Source of the DNA: an uncultured Candidatus Entotheonella sp.
GTDB lineage: Bacteria > Tectomicrobia > Entotheonellia > Entotheonellales > Entotheonellaceae
Reading direction: 5' to 3'
NCBI GenBank assembly: GCA_965217185.1
Contig: OZ244252.1
Span: forward strand, 2,496,001-2,560,000
Length of the DNA stretch: 64,000 nucleotides
In this document: in pieces, positions 1 through 10,571 of the stretch
Layout: each line of letters starts with the position of its first letter
Numbering within the stretch: position 1 is the first letter of the stretch
Notes under the pieces: model-generated
What the model saw: only the letters and a program-made list of their open reading frames with translations
Told to the model about the DNA's origin: nothing
The model's database searches: none
Translations under genes and position numbers: made by a program

Positions 1-1569
1 GAGGACCTCTCCCGCAGTACGATCACCTGTCGCAACAACACCGGTGAAGTCGCCCGGCCCATGCGGCGGCATGGACCGTTTCCCTGGGGCGAAGGACTGG
101 GCGGTGCCGGTTTCCACTGGGCCGGCTGGACGTGGCGCCATAGTCCCTGGTCGTTCAAGATACGCACCAACACCATCGAGCGCTACGGTGAGCGCGCCAT
201 CCCGACGGATTCGACGATCCAGGACTGGCCGATGACGTACGACGAGCTGGAGCCCTACTACGACAAGTTCGAGTACGCCATCGGACTTTCGGGCAAGGCC
301 GGCAATCTCAATGGGGAAATTCAGGCGGGTGGAAATCCTTTCGAGGGGCCCCGTTCCCGGGAGTTTCCGAATCCTCCCTTGCGGAAGAGCTACGGCATGT
401 CCGTGTTCGAGGAGGCAACGCGGTCGCTGGGCTATCATCCCTTCCCAATTCCCGCCGCGCAGACGAGCCGGCCCTACACCAACCCCGATGGGGTGGGGAT
501 GGGTTCGTGTGTGTATTGCGGCTACTGCATGAACACCGGCTGTGAGGTCGCGGCCAAGGCCACGCCGCAGACGACGGTCTTGCCGTCTGCCCTGCAGACG
601 GGAAATTTCGAGATTCGTACCCACGCGGCGGTGACGCGCATCAACACCTCCGGCAATCGCGCCACGAGCGTGACGTACATTGACGGGCGTGGACGCGAGG
701 TCGAACAGCCGGCGGATATCGTTTTGCTGACGGCTTTTACATGGAGCAATACCCAGCAGTTGCTGGTCTCCGGTATTGGCAAACCCTACGATCCGGCGAC
801 GGGAACAGGCAACGTGGGGAAGAACTACGCCTGGCACGGTGCCATGCCCTACATCCCGTTGTACTACGACGATGGGCACGTCTTTAACCCCTTCATGGGC
901 GCCGGCGCGCTCGGTATGAGCTTTTCTGACCTGGAAGGCGATAACTTCGATCACACCGACCTCGGTTTCATCGGCGGCATCTTCATGACCTACTTCCAGC
1001 TTGGCAGTGGCCCGATGATGTATCAGCCCACGCCGCCGGGCACGCCGAGTTGGGGCTCGGAATGGAAACAGGCCGTGGCGCATTACTACAACCGCTCGCT
1101 CCAGGTGGTCGGTTTTCACGACCACCTGTCGTATCGCGGCAATTACATGGATCTCGATCCAAACTACAACGATATCTACGGCAATCCGTTACTGCGCCTG
1201 ACCTACGATATCGGGCCTAACGAGATCCGCATGTCAGACTACATGGTTGGCGTAGGGCACGAGGTTGCCAAGGCGATGAAGCCCAGCCGCTATGCGGTCT
1301 ACGGCTCGCCCAAGCGCTTCGATGCCGGTGCCAACTACTTCGTGATCCATCAGGTCGGCGGCGCCATGACGGGCTCGACGCCCGAAAACAGCGTCGTGAA
1401 CAAATACATGCAGAGTTGGGACGTGCCCAATCTGTTCGTGATAGGCGCCAGCGCCTTCCCGCAGATTACGGCTTACAACCCGACGGGTACGGTGGGCGCG
1501 CTGTCCTACATGTCGGCAGATGCGATTATCAACCAGTACCTCAAGAACCCTGGCCCGCTGGTATCGTAG
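1..1569 (+). CDS. GMC oxidoreductase (gluconate 2-dehydrogenase flavoprotein-like), starts before the window
   Basis: GxGLGGxxxHW, DWPMTYDELEPYY, CVYCGYC, HQVGG and NPTGTVGAL motifs; frame open to the window edge. Confidence 0.85.
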   Translation, partial: EDLSRSTITCRNNTGEVARPMRRHGPFPWGEGLGGAGFHWAGWTWRHSPWSFKIRTNTIERYGERAIPTDSTIQDWPMTYDELEPYYDKFEYAIGLSGKAGNLNGEIQAGGNPFEGPRSREFPNPPLRKSYGMSVFEEATRSLGYHPFPIPAAQTSRPYTNPDGVGMGSCVYCGYCMNTGCEVAAKATPQTTVLPSALQTGNFEIRTHAAVTRINTSGNRATSVTYIDGRGREVEQPADIVLLTAFTWSNTQQLLVSGIGKPYDPATGTGNVGKNYAWHGAMPYIPLYYDDGHVFNPFMGAGALGMSFSDLEGDNFDHTDLGFIGGIFMTYFQLGSGPMMYQPTPPGTPSWGSEWKQAVAHYYNRSLQVVGFHDHLSYRGNYMDLDPNYNDIYGNPLLRLTYDIGPNEIRMSDYMVGVGHEVAKAMKPSRYAVYGSPKRFDAGANYFVIHQVGGAMTGSTPENSVVNKYMQSWDVPNLFVIGASAFPQITAYNPTGTVGALSYMSADAIINQYLKNPGPLVS

Positions 1570-1758
1570 GCCAGACCGCATCACGCGGTGCACGGATGCC
1601 GGGTGCGTTCCGGGAATGCACCCGGCGCCGTGTTCATCCCTCCTGGAATCTCGTTAACAGTCCTGCCGTTTCCAAGTCTCTGTTACGCTAGAACTCCTGC
1701 GGCTGCCGGTCGGGCAAAGTTGTCCGCGTTGTGGCTGAAACGTTTGAAAAGCTGGACG

Positions 1759-1952
1759 ATGGAAACGAACACGAGGGCAATTGTGCGGAGACTACAGAGA
1801 GAGGGATGGCGATTGGCCCGACACGGTGGTAGCCACGAAATATACGAACATCCCGACACCGGGCCATCATCAGGCTGCCGCGTCATAGGGTGGTTTCCAT
1901 TGGCATAGCACGGCAAATCGCTAAACTGGCCGGCTGGACGGAGAGGGGGTGA
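1759..1952 (+). pseudogene. hicA: HicA-family toxin with a 1-nt frameshift at 1861-1863
   Basis: METNTRAIVRRLQREGWRLARHGGSHEIYEHPDTG continues in another frame as AIIRLPRHRVVSIGIARQIAKLAGW. Confidence 0.8.
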
Positions 1953-1956
1953 GGTT

Positions 1957-2220
1957 ATGCTGCGATACCCCGTAGTCATTGATGGGGAAAAGGGTGCGTA
2001 TGGAATCGTCTTTCCCGATTTGCCAGGCGCTTTTGCCATGGGCGCGACCGTAGACGAGGCGCTGGCAGACGCTGAGGATATGCTCCCCAGTTATGTGAAT
2101 GTGATGGAGGCGAAGGGGCAGAAGGTTCCCCCACCCAGCGCTGTAGAGGACGTAGAACTTCAGCCGGGCGAAATGGTGGCTTTTGTGACCCTTGGGACTC
2201 CCGCCAAAATAGATCATTGA
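1957..2220 (+). CDS. hicB: HicB-family antitoxin; 3' end supplied by an IS end
   Basis: YPVVIDGEKGAYGIVFPDLPGAFAMGATVDEALADA; directly downstream of hicA. Confidence 0.85.
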   Translation: MLRYPVVIDGEKGAYGIVFPDLPGAFAMGATVDEALADAEDMLPSYVNVMEAKGQKVPPPSAVEDVELQPGEMVAFVTLGTPAKIDH

Positions 2221-2446
2221 TCAGCGTCTCGAGGACACCGTATAGTTCCACTCCCCATGGAACTTATCGCGCTCGATAGCAACTCTCGCCAGTTGGTCAT
2301 CCGTTACCTCTCGACCCGTCGGATAGCTCCCGTCGTCCAACTCCGCCTGTATCTCCAGACCGCCCTTCGTGGTCGTGTTGCCGATCAAGTTCACCGCCAC
2401 CTCACGGCTCACCAACGGTCGCCCACCCCAGTTCTCGGGAATGTGA
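2196..2446 (-). mobile_element. ISAzo13-family fragment (transposase C-terminus plus IR)
   Basis: VAVNLIGNTTTKGGLEIQAELD...DKFHGEWNYT matches the transposase at 14807; IR GGACTCCCGCCAAAATAGATCAT resembles GGACTCTCGCCAAATTAGATCAT at about 14756. Confidence 0.8.
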
Positions 2447-2610
2447 CTGCTGCGGCGAACATGGCTGCCTTGCGGCGTCTGGCGTTGAATCTATTACGAC
2501 AGCAGCGCTCCAGAGCCCTCAGCGTCAGGCAGAAACGACTCCTTTGCAGTCTCGATGAAGGGTACTTGCTGCAGGTATTGGCGGGGGCAACTTGAAATGC
2601 GATTGCCCTG
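2447..2610 (+). mobile_element. ISAs1-family 3' fragment
   Basis: AANMAALRRLALNLLRQ...KRLLCSLDEGYLLQVL followed by the end sequence ...GCGATTGCCCTG. Confidence 0.65.
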
Positions 2611-2872
2611 GGCGGACGCTGGGCCTGTAGGTAGATTGAACGGTGAAGAATTCGTCATGCCATCAAGCAAACCGGCTTCGCCCTCGGCGCCCGGCCCGGC
2701 CAACAATTCATGTTGATTACCCTCCGGTACTCGCGAAAATCGGAGGGACGCGGTTTGCGCGGCCGGCTGGCTCGCGATAACCGAACGGGGTACGGCGACC
2801 TCGGCTACCGAGATGTATCAAAATCGGTCGTTTTCTTGATGGTGTTGCCATCTCGCTAGGGAGGGCTTCTTT

Positions 2873-3118
2873 TTGCACGTAGGATATGCGCGAGTCTCCA
2901 CGGAGGCACAGGATACAAGGCCACAGCTTGACGACCTCACCGACGCGGGTTGCGAGCGGATCTACCCGGAGACCGTCTCAGGCAGCAATCGGGAGCGTCC
3001 GGAATTGGAGAAATTCTTCGATGCCCTGCGGAGTGGTGATGCGCTGAAGGTGTGGCGGTTGGTCAGGTTGGGACGCAGCCTAACGGGCCTGGTGGGCATG
3101 ATTTCGGACCTTCCGTAG
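2873..3118 (+). pseudogene. truncated serine resolvase
   Basis: GYARVST...LRSGDALKVWRLVRLGRS, no HTH. Confidence 0.8.
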
Positions 3119-3206
3119 ATGTGCCGGCGAGCCTGCGGCTACCTTTCCCCTTGGGGTCGACAGAAGGGGGCGTCCTGATTGGTGATTTCTGAAATGGCTT
3201 CTGAAT

Positions 3207-4493
3207 TCACTTCTCGAACGTTCGCATAACTCGAAAGCCGATCTTGGAGGAGCGCTCGTCGGGCACATTCGCGTGACGGCGGGCAGAACGAATATCCAGC
3301 GGTTTATCCTTCCAGGAGCCGCCACGCACGACACGCCTGGTGCAATTTCCGGTACCCCGCGCCCGGCCGTCTTCGGGCGCCCCATCGTAATGGCTGTTAT
3401 AACAGTCCAGCGTCCACTCACTGGCATTTCCGTGTATATCGTGGAGACCAAGGGCATTCGCCTCAAAAGACCCCACTTCCAGCGTTCGCCCCATATATAT
3501 ATCTGAAGTGAGAACGCCGCTACGGCGCCAATCGTATCGCCCGTCATAGTTGGCCTGTTCAGACGTGATTGACTGGCCTGTGTGAAACAGGGTCGTCGTG
3601 TTGGCTCTCGCCACGTATTCCCACTCTGACTCGCTCGGTAGTCGGTAATCCATACCCGTCCGGCCAGACAGCCAGTCTGTATACGCCTTCGCTTCATGCC
3701 AAGTCACGTGGGTAATGGGCCGCTTCCCGTCTCTCGACCCATCATGCCTGTCGAGAGTAATAGAACTGCAGCCGCCTTCCTTGACACAGGCCTCCCACTC
3801 CGCGAGGGTGACCTCATAGGCGCCGACGGCAAACGGATAAGCAATTTCCACGGCATGCCTTGGTTCTTCATTAACCTTAACCTTAGCGTCTTTTTCCGAG
3901 GGCCCAGAACCCATAAGGAACTTTCCCGGTGGTATTAGAGCCATTTTGGGGCAGTGGTCAACACAGTCTCGAAATGAAACGGGACCCCGCAACAGCATCC
4001 CGACTGTTTCTTGGCTGACAAAACCCGTCGGCGTCTCACCGCGAGACTTCTGCCAGCAGCTTATCGCGCCGCGCGTCTGTGCATCAAATAACAGGGCCAC
4101 CTCTTCGCTGGGTTCGCATCCGAATTGTGCCAGATGAAACTTTATCCAACGAATTTGCCAGCGTTCCAGATTCAGCTCTGCCTCTTTAACTTCTGCGATA
4201 TCCTTTTCCAGAATGATTTTCAGCTTCTGCAAAATCTCTTCCTGTCGCTCACCGGCAGCGACAAGAAGCTGCTTCGTGGCCGCCATGCGTTCCCCGTTGT
4301 CTTCGGCCTGCTGCCTCAGGACGTTCGCCTGCTCTCTCAGTTCCTCTACATCGATGTCAATGTCAGCCACGCGATTTCGTATGGTGAAGAAGTGGACCAC
4401 TTGGAACGCAAACAGGATGAGGACTGTCAAAAGGACTGTGAGGACTAATGGATTCCGCAAGGAGAATGCACCAGTATCTTGGCCTTCACGCAC
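3207..4493 (-). CDS. SUMF1/FGE-sulfatase domain protein with N-terminal TM, coiled coil and peptidoglycan-binding-like domain
   Basis: FLMGS, YRLPSESEWEY, GLHDIHGNASEW, RVVRGGSW, IGFRV; TRGAISCWQKSRGETPTG. Confidence 0.85.
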   Translation of the reverse strand: MREGQDTGAFSLRNPLVLTVLLTVLILFAFQVVHFFTIRNRVADIDIDVEELREQANVLRQQAEDNGERMAATKQLLVAAGERQEEILQKLKIILEKDIAEVKEAELNLERWQIRWIKFHLAQFGCEPSEEVALLFDAQTRGAISCWQKSRGETPTGFVSQETVGMLLRGPVSFRDCVDHCPKMALIPPGKFLMGSGPSEKDAKVKVNEEPRHAVEIAYPFAVGAYEVTLAEWEACVKEGGCSSITLDRHDGSRDGKRPITHVTWHEAKAYTDWLSGRTGMDYRLPSESEWEYVARANTTTLFHTGQSITSEQANYDGRYDWRRSGVLTSDIYMGRTLEVGSFEANALGLHDIHGNASEWTLDCYNSHYDGAPEDGRARGTGNCTRRVVRGGSWKDKPLDIRSARRHANVPDERSSKIGFRVMRTFEK

Positions 4494-4624
4494 CAGTTTC
4501 TCCTTTCTCGTTGGCGTCTGAAAATTGAAGCAATACCCAAAGGAACCTGCACGGCCGCGGCGCCGCGCGGTTCGGCCTTCGGTCGTTCAGCATGGCTACA
4601 TCCTTCCTATTCCGCTTTAGCTCG

Positions 4625-5467
4625 TCAGTCCTTTTCGAGCAAGTCGAGAAGCGTGCCTCGTGATGCCACAGAGTCGATATTGGCCTTCACGACACAATCC
4701 AATTTGCTACCCTCCGTGTAAACGGCAGGGGCTACACAGTGTACTCGACCTTCGGTTTTGAATTTCTCGGCCTTCTCTCTGGCCTTCCCGGTTTTCGGCT
4801 TGAACACGATAATGGACAAGCCGCCCTGATCCTTCACGAGACGGAAGCATGGTACGTCCGTGGGTCCATCCCCAATAAAGATCATGTTTTCAAAGGGCAC
4901 GGGACGATCTCGTTTTTCAACAAATTCGTTAACCTGGCTGGTATCGCTCAGGTCGTGAGCACCCTTGTTGATACGAAAAAGATACTGGGTCTTGGTGGTG
5001 AAGTTGACCGCCAAGGCCGGCCAAACGGCCACGCCGTTTTGGTTGAACTTGAACTTGGAAGCGTAAACTTGTGCAAACTTTGAGGCGATTGGCGTGCCGG
5101 AGACGATCTCTGCATTTCCAGAGGAGACGAGATAATGCTCAACGTGCACGCCTTTACCGCTCCCATATTCGGTGATTCGATCGAACCATCCTTCAACGCC
5201 CTCAAATAGTCTTATGGACTCACCTTGCTTCTCGAAATCTTCCCTTTTTACCGGCACGCCGGCGGCGTCGGCCTTGCGCAGCATTTGCTCCATGTAAACC
5301 AGGACATGGTCAGCCTGATGTTCCTTGGTCAAGGCCATGACCTCCGCCCAGAATTCACTCGGCTTTACGCCGATATCCGGCAGGAATTGACGCTCCTGCA
5401 TATTGCCTGGCGCAAGCGTTCCGTCGAAATCGTAGGCAATCGCCATCGGTATGTCTTTCTTGGCCAT
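4625..5467 (-). CDS. HAD-family hydrolase
   Basis: YDFDGTLAPGNMQE (motif I), IGDGPTDVPC (motif IV). Confidence 0.85.
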   Translation of the reverse strand: MAKKDIPMAIAYDFDGTLAPGNMQERQFLPDIGVKPSEFWAEVMALTKEHQADHVLVYMEQMLRKADAAGVPVKREDFEKQGESIRLFEGVEGWFDRITEYGSGKGVHVEHYLVSSGNAEIVSGTPIASKFAQVYASKFKFNQNGVAVWPALAVNFTTKTQYLFRINKGAHDLSDTSQVNEFVEKRDRPVPFENMIFIGDGPTDVPCFRLVKDQGGLSIIVFKPKTGKAREKAEKFKTEGRVHCVAPAVYTEGSKLDCVVKANIDSVASRGTLLDLLEKD

Positions 5468-5656
5468 GAATTCCTTTCTCCAAGGGTGGTCCGCCGGTGG
5501 GCCTGTAATTGGTCCTTCCACGGGCCTTGCTTCGCGCCTTCGGAAGTTTTCATTTGTGCCTTTATTGCGGTGGTTTTCTGCCTCCGCATAAGGTGTCGCA
5601 TACGGCCCAAGCGGTCTGGCTGACATGGTTCTGCGTAACACGGACAGGCATGGCAT

Positions 5657-6754
5657 CTACTTCGGTTCGTCACACCATACGTACCGACATTTCAGTGACG
5701 TGAGCCGACTGCAGGGCAGCCTCTTTTCCTTCTGCAGCCGTCCTACGACAATGAAAGGGGCGACGCCAACGGACCGAGCGAACCCCCTGACGGACCGCGA
5801 GGTAAATGTGCCGTTGTCGCAGAAGGCTTTCCAAGATTCGGGCGGGATCAGGAAGTCCCTGGCGAATCGATTGGCCTCATCTTCGAGTTCCGCGGTACCG
5901 GGGTCGGCGATGCCGTCGATCACGATGCGCCGGCGGGTGCGGTGCCGGAGCAGGTGGCACGCCTCGTGGAAGAATGTAAACCAGAAGATGTCGGCCCACT
6001 TGCCCCGGATGCTCATCTGGATCAGGGCTGTGTGGTCGCTGAGCCAGCGCGCGGCGCCGTTCGCCCCGCTTTTGGGAAGCTCCGGCACTAGGCACAGGGC
6101 CACGCCAGCCTGCGCGCACAGGGCCGTCATGGCGGGAACGAACTTGTCGGGCGGGTCTTCGGTCATCCGCCGGATGTCGTAAAGGGCGGCCCCGAACAGG
6201 TCCGCGTCGTAGTTGGCGATCGACTGTTCGCTTGCCTCAAGCTCGCCCTTGCGAAGCCAGACGGCAAGAGCGCCGGGTGACACCTTTTCCTGGGCGGCCG
6301 GGGTAATTCGGAATCCCACGGCTTCCTGGTAGGCGAAGGGTTCGGGAACGGCCACCTCCAGAAAGCCGAGAAGGGCTTCCAACCTGCTGATCTTGTCACG
6401 GCCGGCGGTTATCCATCCACGCTTGATCATTTCCCGGATCGGGTACGCATCCAGCCACTTCACGTTTTCGGCGAGCGCTGCTTTTTCCCGGTTGCGGGCA
6501 AGTGTCATGCGATAGTCGGTTTCCAGCTTGATCCAGTACTGAGGATCGATACCAAGCACCCTTCCCAGCCCGATTGCCGTGTCCGGCGTGATGGCCTTTT
6601 TCGCGCGGATGATCTCGTTGATCACCTGCGGCGGCCTGCCAAGCCGAGCCGCGAGTTCCTTCTGGCTCATGCCGCGGGCCTCGATTTCCTCTTGCAAGAC
6701 CTCACCCGGGGAAATCGCCATATCCGACACCACATGGGAGATCTCAGTCGTCAT
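5657..6754 (-). CDS. higA: HigA-family antitoxin HTH fused to an ImmA/IrrE Zn-peptidase domain
   Basis: SPGEVLQEEIEARGMSQKELAARLG HTH; FWFTFFHEACH...EDEANRFA. Confidence 0.85.
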   Translation of the reverse strand: MTTEISHVVSDMAISPGEVLQEEIEARGMSQKELAARLGRPPQVINEIIRAKKAITPDTAIGLGRVLGIDPQYWIKLETDYRMTLARNREKAALAENVKWLDAYPIREMIKRGWITAGRDKISRLEALLGFLEVAVPEPFAYQEAVGFRITPAAQEKVSPGALAVWLRKGELEASEQSIANYDADLFGAALYDIRRMTEDPPDKFVPAMTALCAQAGVALCLVPELPKSGANGAARWLSDHTALIQMSIRGKWADIFWFTFFHEACHLLRHRTRRRIVIDGIADPGTAELEDEANRFARDFLIPPESWKAFCDNGTFTSRSVRGFARSVGVAPFIVVGRLQKEKRLPCSRLTSLKCRYVWCDEPK

Positions 6755-7043
6755 AATGGTTGCTCACTTCCTCGATGATTACGCTGTTCTCTCGGTCTCC
6801 TTCAGTCACGATGAGACGCCACCTACCCGTCAAGGTTATGGCCAGCTCACCTTTTCTGGAGCCCTTCAGGGGATGGAGCCCGATGGCCCTGGGTTTATAG
6901 GCTTCCTGCAAACTCGAAATGGCCTGGAGCTGTTTGATTCGCGTGATGAACTTCCTCGCCACATCCGGCCCCCAACGCTGGACGGCCGTTGCCGATTGCT
7001 CATAACAGCGTCGAAGTTGACGCGTCCTGAAAGTGATTTCCAT
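6744..7043 (-). CDS. higB: HigB/RelE-family toxin
   Basis: LHPLKGSRKGELAITLTGRWRLIV; toxin lies upstream of and overlaps higA. Confidence 0.85.
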   Translation of the reverse strand: MEITFRTRQLRRCYEQSATAVQRWGPDVARKFITRIKQLQAISSLQEAYKPRAIGLHPLKGSRKGELAITLTGRWRLIVTEGDRENSVIIEEVSNHYDD

Positions 7044-7170
7044 GATTCACCCTATAGGTGAATATATTCGGCAGACATGCATTCGTCAAGGCGCAATGGA
7101 ACTGCGATATCCGGCAAGGCAGGCATGAGGCGTATGAATTCACTGGCGAAAATAACGAGAAGTTTGTGTA

Positions 7171-7425
7171 GGGCCTGTTGACATTTAGGCAAGTGCCAAG
7201 CGAGAACTCACGGCATGAATCATCGCGGCGTAGCTGACATCGGTCTTCTCGAAACGCATGGCAACACGGCGGAAGTTCTTGAGTTTACAGAAGAAATTCT
7301 CCACCAAGTGCCGCCACTTGTACATCTCCGAGTCGTACTCGATCACCTCGGCGCGATTCGCCCTGGGAGGAATCACCACCATAGCGCCACAGGCTTGCAA
7401 CTGAGCGCGCAACTCGTTGCTGAGG
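7171..7425 (-). mobile_element. IS5-family (IS427-group) 3' fragment, related to 59608-60458
   Basis: IR GGGCCTGTTGACATT; YKWRHLVENFFCKLKNFRRVAMRFEK. Confidence 0.85.
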
Positions 7426-7576
7426 GGCTGTAGCGCGTGCTCGCGCCGTGTCTGGAGAGGCCATTCCCCGGGTCGCATGCCGGCGAGGGCAGGGCTTGGT
7501 GGCGGCCCTTGTGTGCCCGGTGACGGCGACCCTGTCGTCGGGTGAAAAGGACCAGCGCCCAGCGCTTCCTGCGGTG

Positions 7577-8023
7577 TCAGGCAGGGATCTCCGGCTGCTC
7601 GGCCTTCGCCTTTCCCGCTTTGGCCTGCGGGTGCCTTGCCGACCTGAGCTCGGCCAACTGACGCTCGCGCTCAGGCAGTTCGGCGGCGGCGCGCGCCGCT
7701 TCTTCGGGGCTCACTTCGCCCGCCACGTTACCGTGCAGGTCGTAGCGCGGCGCCCCCTCGGTCAGGCACTTGAGGTAGGCTACCCGGCGCTCGAGATTGC
7801 CGTGGAACCACAGGTTGATGGCGGCGCGCCACACCTGGCTGGAGACCTGCTCGCCGTCCTCGGCTTCGGCCAGGGCCTGCTGCAGGCGGTAGCCCTCGCC
7901 CACGGCCCAGGGCTTCAGGGCGCCGCGGACGGCAGGGAACAATGCCGGGAAGCGCGGACGCAGCCGCCTGAGCAGTTCACGCGACTTCAGCCTGGTGGTG
8001 TTGGTTAAATTCCGGTTTGGCAT
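7577..8023 (-). CDS. ProQ/FinO-family RNA chaperone
   Basis: FPALF...KPWAVG...YLKCLTEGAPRYDLHGNVAGEVSPEEA. Confidence 0.75.
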   Translation of the reverse strand: MPNRNLTNTTRLKSRELLRRLRPRFPALFPAVRGALKPWAVGEGYRLQQALAEAEDGEQVSSQVWRAAINLWFHGNLERRVAYLKCLTEGAPRYDLHGNVAGEVSPEEAARAAAELPERERQLAELRSARHPQAKAGKAKAEQPEIPA

Positions 8024-8462
8024 GAATGCTCCCTCGACGGTCGGACATGGACGGGATCGTGTGCCGGTAAAGGTAGCACGACAGCCGGCTACAGGCATGG
8101 CCCCGTCTCGGCAGATGGGCCTGACGGCATTCTGGCACCATTGCGCGACCCTGGAGGAGGCGCCCGTCACCACGGCGACTGACGCCGCAAGAGAGAGCAG
8201 TACCAGAAATCGAAGCGGCTGACGCCTTCACGGGAGCCGGTTTATCCCCTGTCCTGACAGCCCCCGCCTTTCGGAGACCCGACATGCTTCCCGTCCTGAC
8301 CGTCAATCGCTCCTTCATACACGAATTCATGGACGCCGAGACACCCTGCGGCGCCCTCGGCCTGGTCGAAGAAAACGGGCGGCAAAGCGGGCCCCTCCAA
8401 TTCTGCGCGTTGCCGGTTATACATGGTAGGATGCCACGCAATGTGAACGACGAGGATCGATT

Positions 8463-8792
8463 ATGCCAACGCATCAGGAAATGGAACAGTTTGTAGCGAC
8501 GTTGAGCCGGGTGGAAAAAGCCCAACTGCTTCAGTGGGTGGTCCAGGACCTGGGCAATGCCTTCCCCGGTGTCGAAAGCCGTCCGGAGGTGTGTGGCGGC
8601 GAAGCCTGCGTGGTTCGCACCCGCATTCCGGTCTGGCTTCTGGTGCAGGCGCGGCGGCTTGGCACGAGCGACATTGACATTTTACGAAGCTACCCCACCC
8701 TACGGGTGGAGGATCTGGCCAATGCCTGGGCTTATGCCCGCTCGCATGCTGAGGAAATGGACCGACAGATTCGCGACAACGAGGCGGCTTGA
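8463..8792 (+). CDS. DUF433 antitoxin-like protein
   Basis: PEVCGGEACVVRTRIPVW...YPTLRVEDLANAWAY. Confidence 0.85.
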   Translation: MPTHQEMEQFVATLSRVEKAQLLQWVVQDLGNAFPGVESRPEVCGGEACVVRTRIPVWLLVQARRLGTSDIDILRSYPTLRVEDLANAWAYARSHAEEMDRQIRDNEAA

Positions 8793-9130
8793 TGGCGGAT
8801 TGCTACGCCAATGAGAATTTCCCGCTACCGGTTGTCGAGGCCTTGCGGGAGTTGGGCCACGACCTGTTGACCACGTACGAAAGCGGCAAGGCAGGTCAGG
8901 CTATGTCGGATGAAGACATTTTGGCATTCGCGATCGCCGAGTCGCGGGTCGTGCTCACCCTCAATCGCCGCCATTTCATCCGTCTGCATCAGGCGATGCC
9001 CGACCACAGCGGCATCATTGTCTGCACCTACGACCCGGACTTCGAGGCGCTTGCCGGCCGCATCCATAGAGAATTGGAGACGTACTCAGACTGGACTGGC
9101 CGATTGGTCCGAATCAACCGGCCGGCGTAG
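8792..9130 (+). CDS. DUF5615 PIN-like toxin
   Basis: YANENFP...LGHD...SDEDILAFA...LTLNRRHF...HSGIIV; coupled to the DUF433 gene. Confidence 0.85.
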   Translation: MADCYANENFPLPVVEALRELGHDLLTTYESGKAGQAMSDEDILAFAIAESRVVLTLNRRHFIRLHQAMPDHSGIIVCTYDPDFEALAGRIHRELETYSDWTGRLVRINRPA

Positions 9131-9428
9131 ACGCGCCGAACAGACCATGCAACGGTCTGACCATACGGCAACCTACCGCATCGTAGCTATATGCTGAAAC
9201 TGCTGAAGGTCGGAGACAGGCCGTCTGCAACTCAGGCACGCGCCGCTTGAGCCGTCCACGCCCTGGAGAATATTCCACGAGTAACGGGGCGGCCGGCAAT
9301 CGGGTGAGAACGCCGCCAGGGCGTAACCTGCGGGCAAAGGACTCAGGTTCGCGTGCGCCGATGCTTTCTATGCCCGACGCCGGCGTCGGCAGGTGCCAGG
9401 ACGAGGCGGCTTCTTCTCGCTGTCGGCA

Positions 9429-9457
9429 ACTTCGGATAACCCTGCGTTATGTCAAAA
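9429..9457 (+). other. dif-like Xer site (C|D, 7-bp spacer)
   Basis: ACTTCGGATAA ccctgcg TTATGTCAAAA. Confidence 0.7.
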
Positions 9458-9661
9458 TTCCGGCTTGGTGGGGTCGGCTTGGTGGGGTCGGCTTGGTGGC
9501 CGATGAAAAGCGCGATTCGATGCGACCGCCCCGGCACCGACTGCGACCTTCCAGCGGCCAGGGCGGCATACCTTCAAGCCATTGGCGCGCTACAACCCGG
9601 ATGCCCTGCCACACGTCGCCGACCGTGGGCAATGCGGGCAGGTTCTGACAAGCGATTGGGG

Positions 9662-10105
9662 TCAGCGACCAACGATGTCGTCTTGCATGGCCGACAGCAC
9701 ACTCATAATCGCGGCGTGATCCGACGTGCTGACACCCGCCTGTTCCATGGCCGCGTCGAAATGCCCGGCGATGATGGCAAACTCCGCCTCGGTAATTCCC
9801 ATGCCCGCATGGGCCTCCCGCATGCTTTTCCCCTTATAGGTGCACGGGCCGTCGGTGGCTTCACACACCTGGTCGATCAGGTGGCCTCTGAGTTTGGCCA
9901 TGTCCGTGTCGGCGAAACGACCGTTGACCCGGTCATCGCCGGCGACATTGGCGAGGAAATAATCGACCATGGTCTCCACACCAGACTGGTAACCGATTCG
10001 TTCGTAAATGAGGTGAGCGCCTGCCACGCTCTCGTCGGGCACAGACAGCAGCAAAAGACCACCCAGAACAGCGATACCAATACCCATGAAGCGACGTTTC
10101 TGCAT
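9662..10105 (-). CDS. group 1 truncated hemoglobin with signal peptide
   Basis: IYERIG...DDRVNGRF...GPCTYKGKSMREAHAGMGITEAEF; hydrophobic N-terminus. Confidence 0.85.
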   Translation of the reverse strand: MQKRRFMGIGIAVLGGLLLLSVPDESVAGAHLIYERIGYQSGVETMVDYFLANVAGDDRVNGRFADTDMAKLRGHLIDQVCEATDGPCTYKGKSMREAHAGMGITEAEFAIIAGHFDAAMEQAGVSTSDHAAIMSVLSAMQDDIVGR

Positions 10106-10198
10106 CTTGCATCCTCCCTGTAAGCAAGCCATCGGTACGCGGCGATTCACGCGGCCGGATACTTTGCCACACACCGCCGACTGGACGCAATATGGCCA

Positions 10199-10226
10199 TA
10201 TTCCGATAAGTCGGCTTATGTCAACT
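10199..10226 (+). other. dif-like Xer site (C|D, canonical 28 bp)
   Basis: TATTCCGATAA gtcggc TTATGTCAACT. Confidence 0.8.
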
Positions 10227-10571
10227 TTGAATTGGGGTCGTTACTGGCTGAAACGGCTTTTGGGTGGGCTTCCCCACCGGTGCCGGGGCGCCCGGGCCTG
10301 AAAGGTCCGGGACCTGCAGCCGGGTGGGCGCCGGTGGGGAAGCGTCAGCGGCATGAGCTATGCACAGCTCGCCGTGTGGCTGGGCCGCCTCGGCCTCGGG
10401 TGCGGGCTTGCGGTCGCCTACCTAGCGCAGGTGCTGGGCGCCGAAGGGGACGTGGAGTCTCGCGTGGCGGCGGCGTTGGGCGAGGCGTTTACGAGGGTCT
10501 TTTTGCAGTGACATCGGGCCAGCTATTGGGGAGGAACGCGAGTTCCTCGTGAACGATCGTGGCTGTGCCAA

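Noticed and set aside
5581..5591. XerC-like half sites here and at about 3219 and 49978
   Set aside because: No XerD arm at 6-8 bp; could be chance.
9461..9499. 14-bp tandem repeat CGGCTTGGTGGGGT (about 2.7 copies) next to a dif-like site
   Set aside because: Probably local slippage; not found at the other sites.
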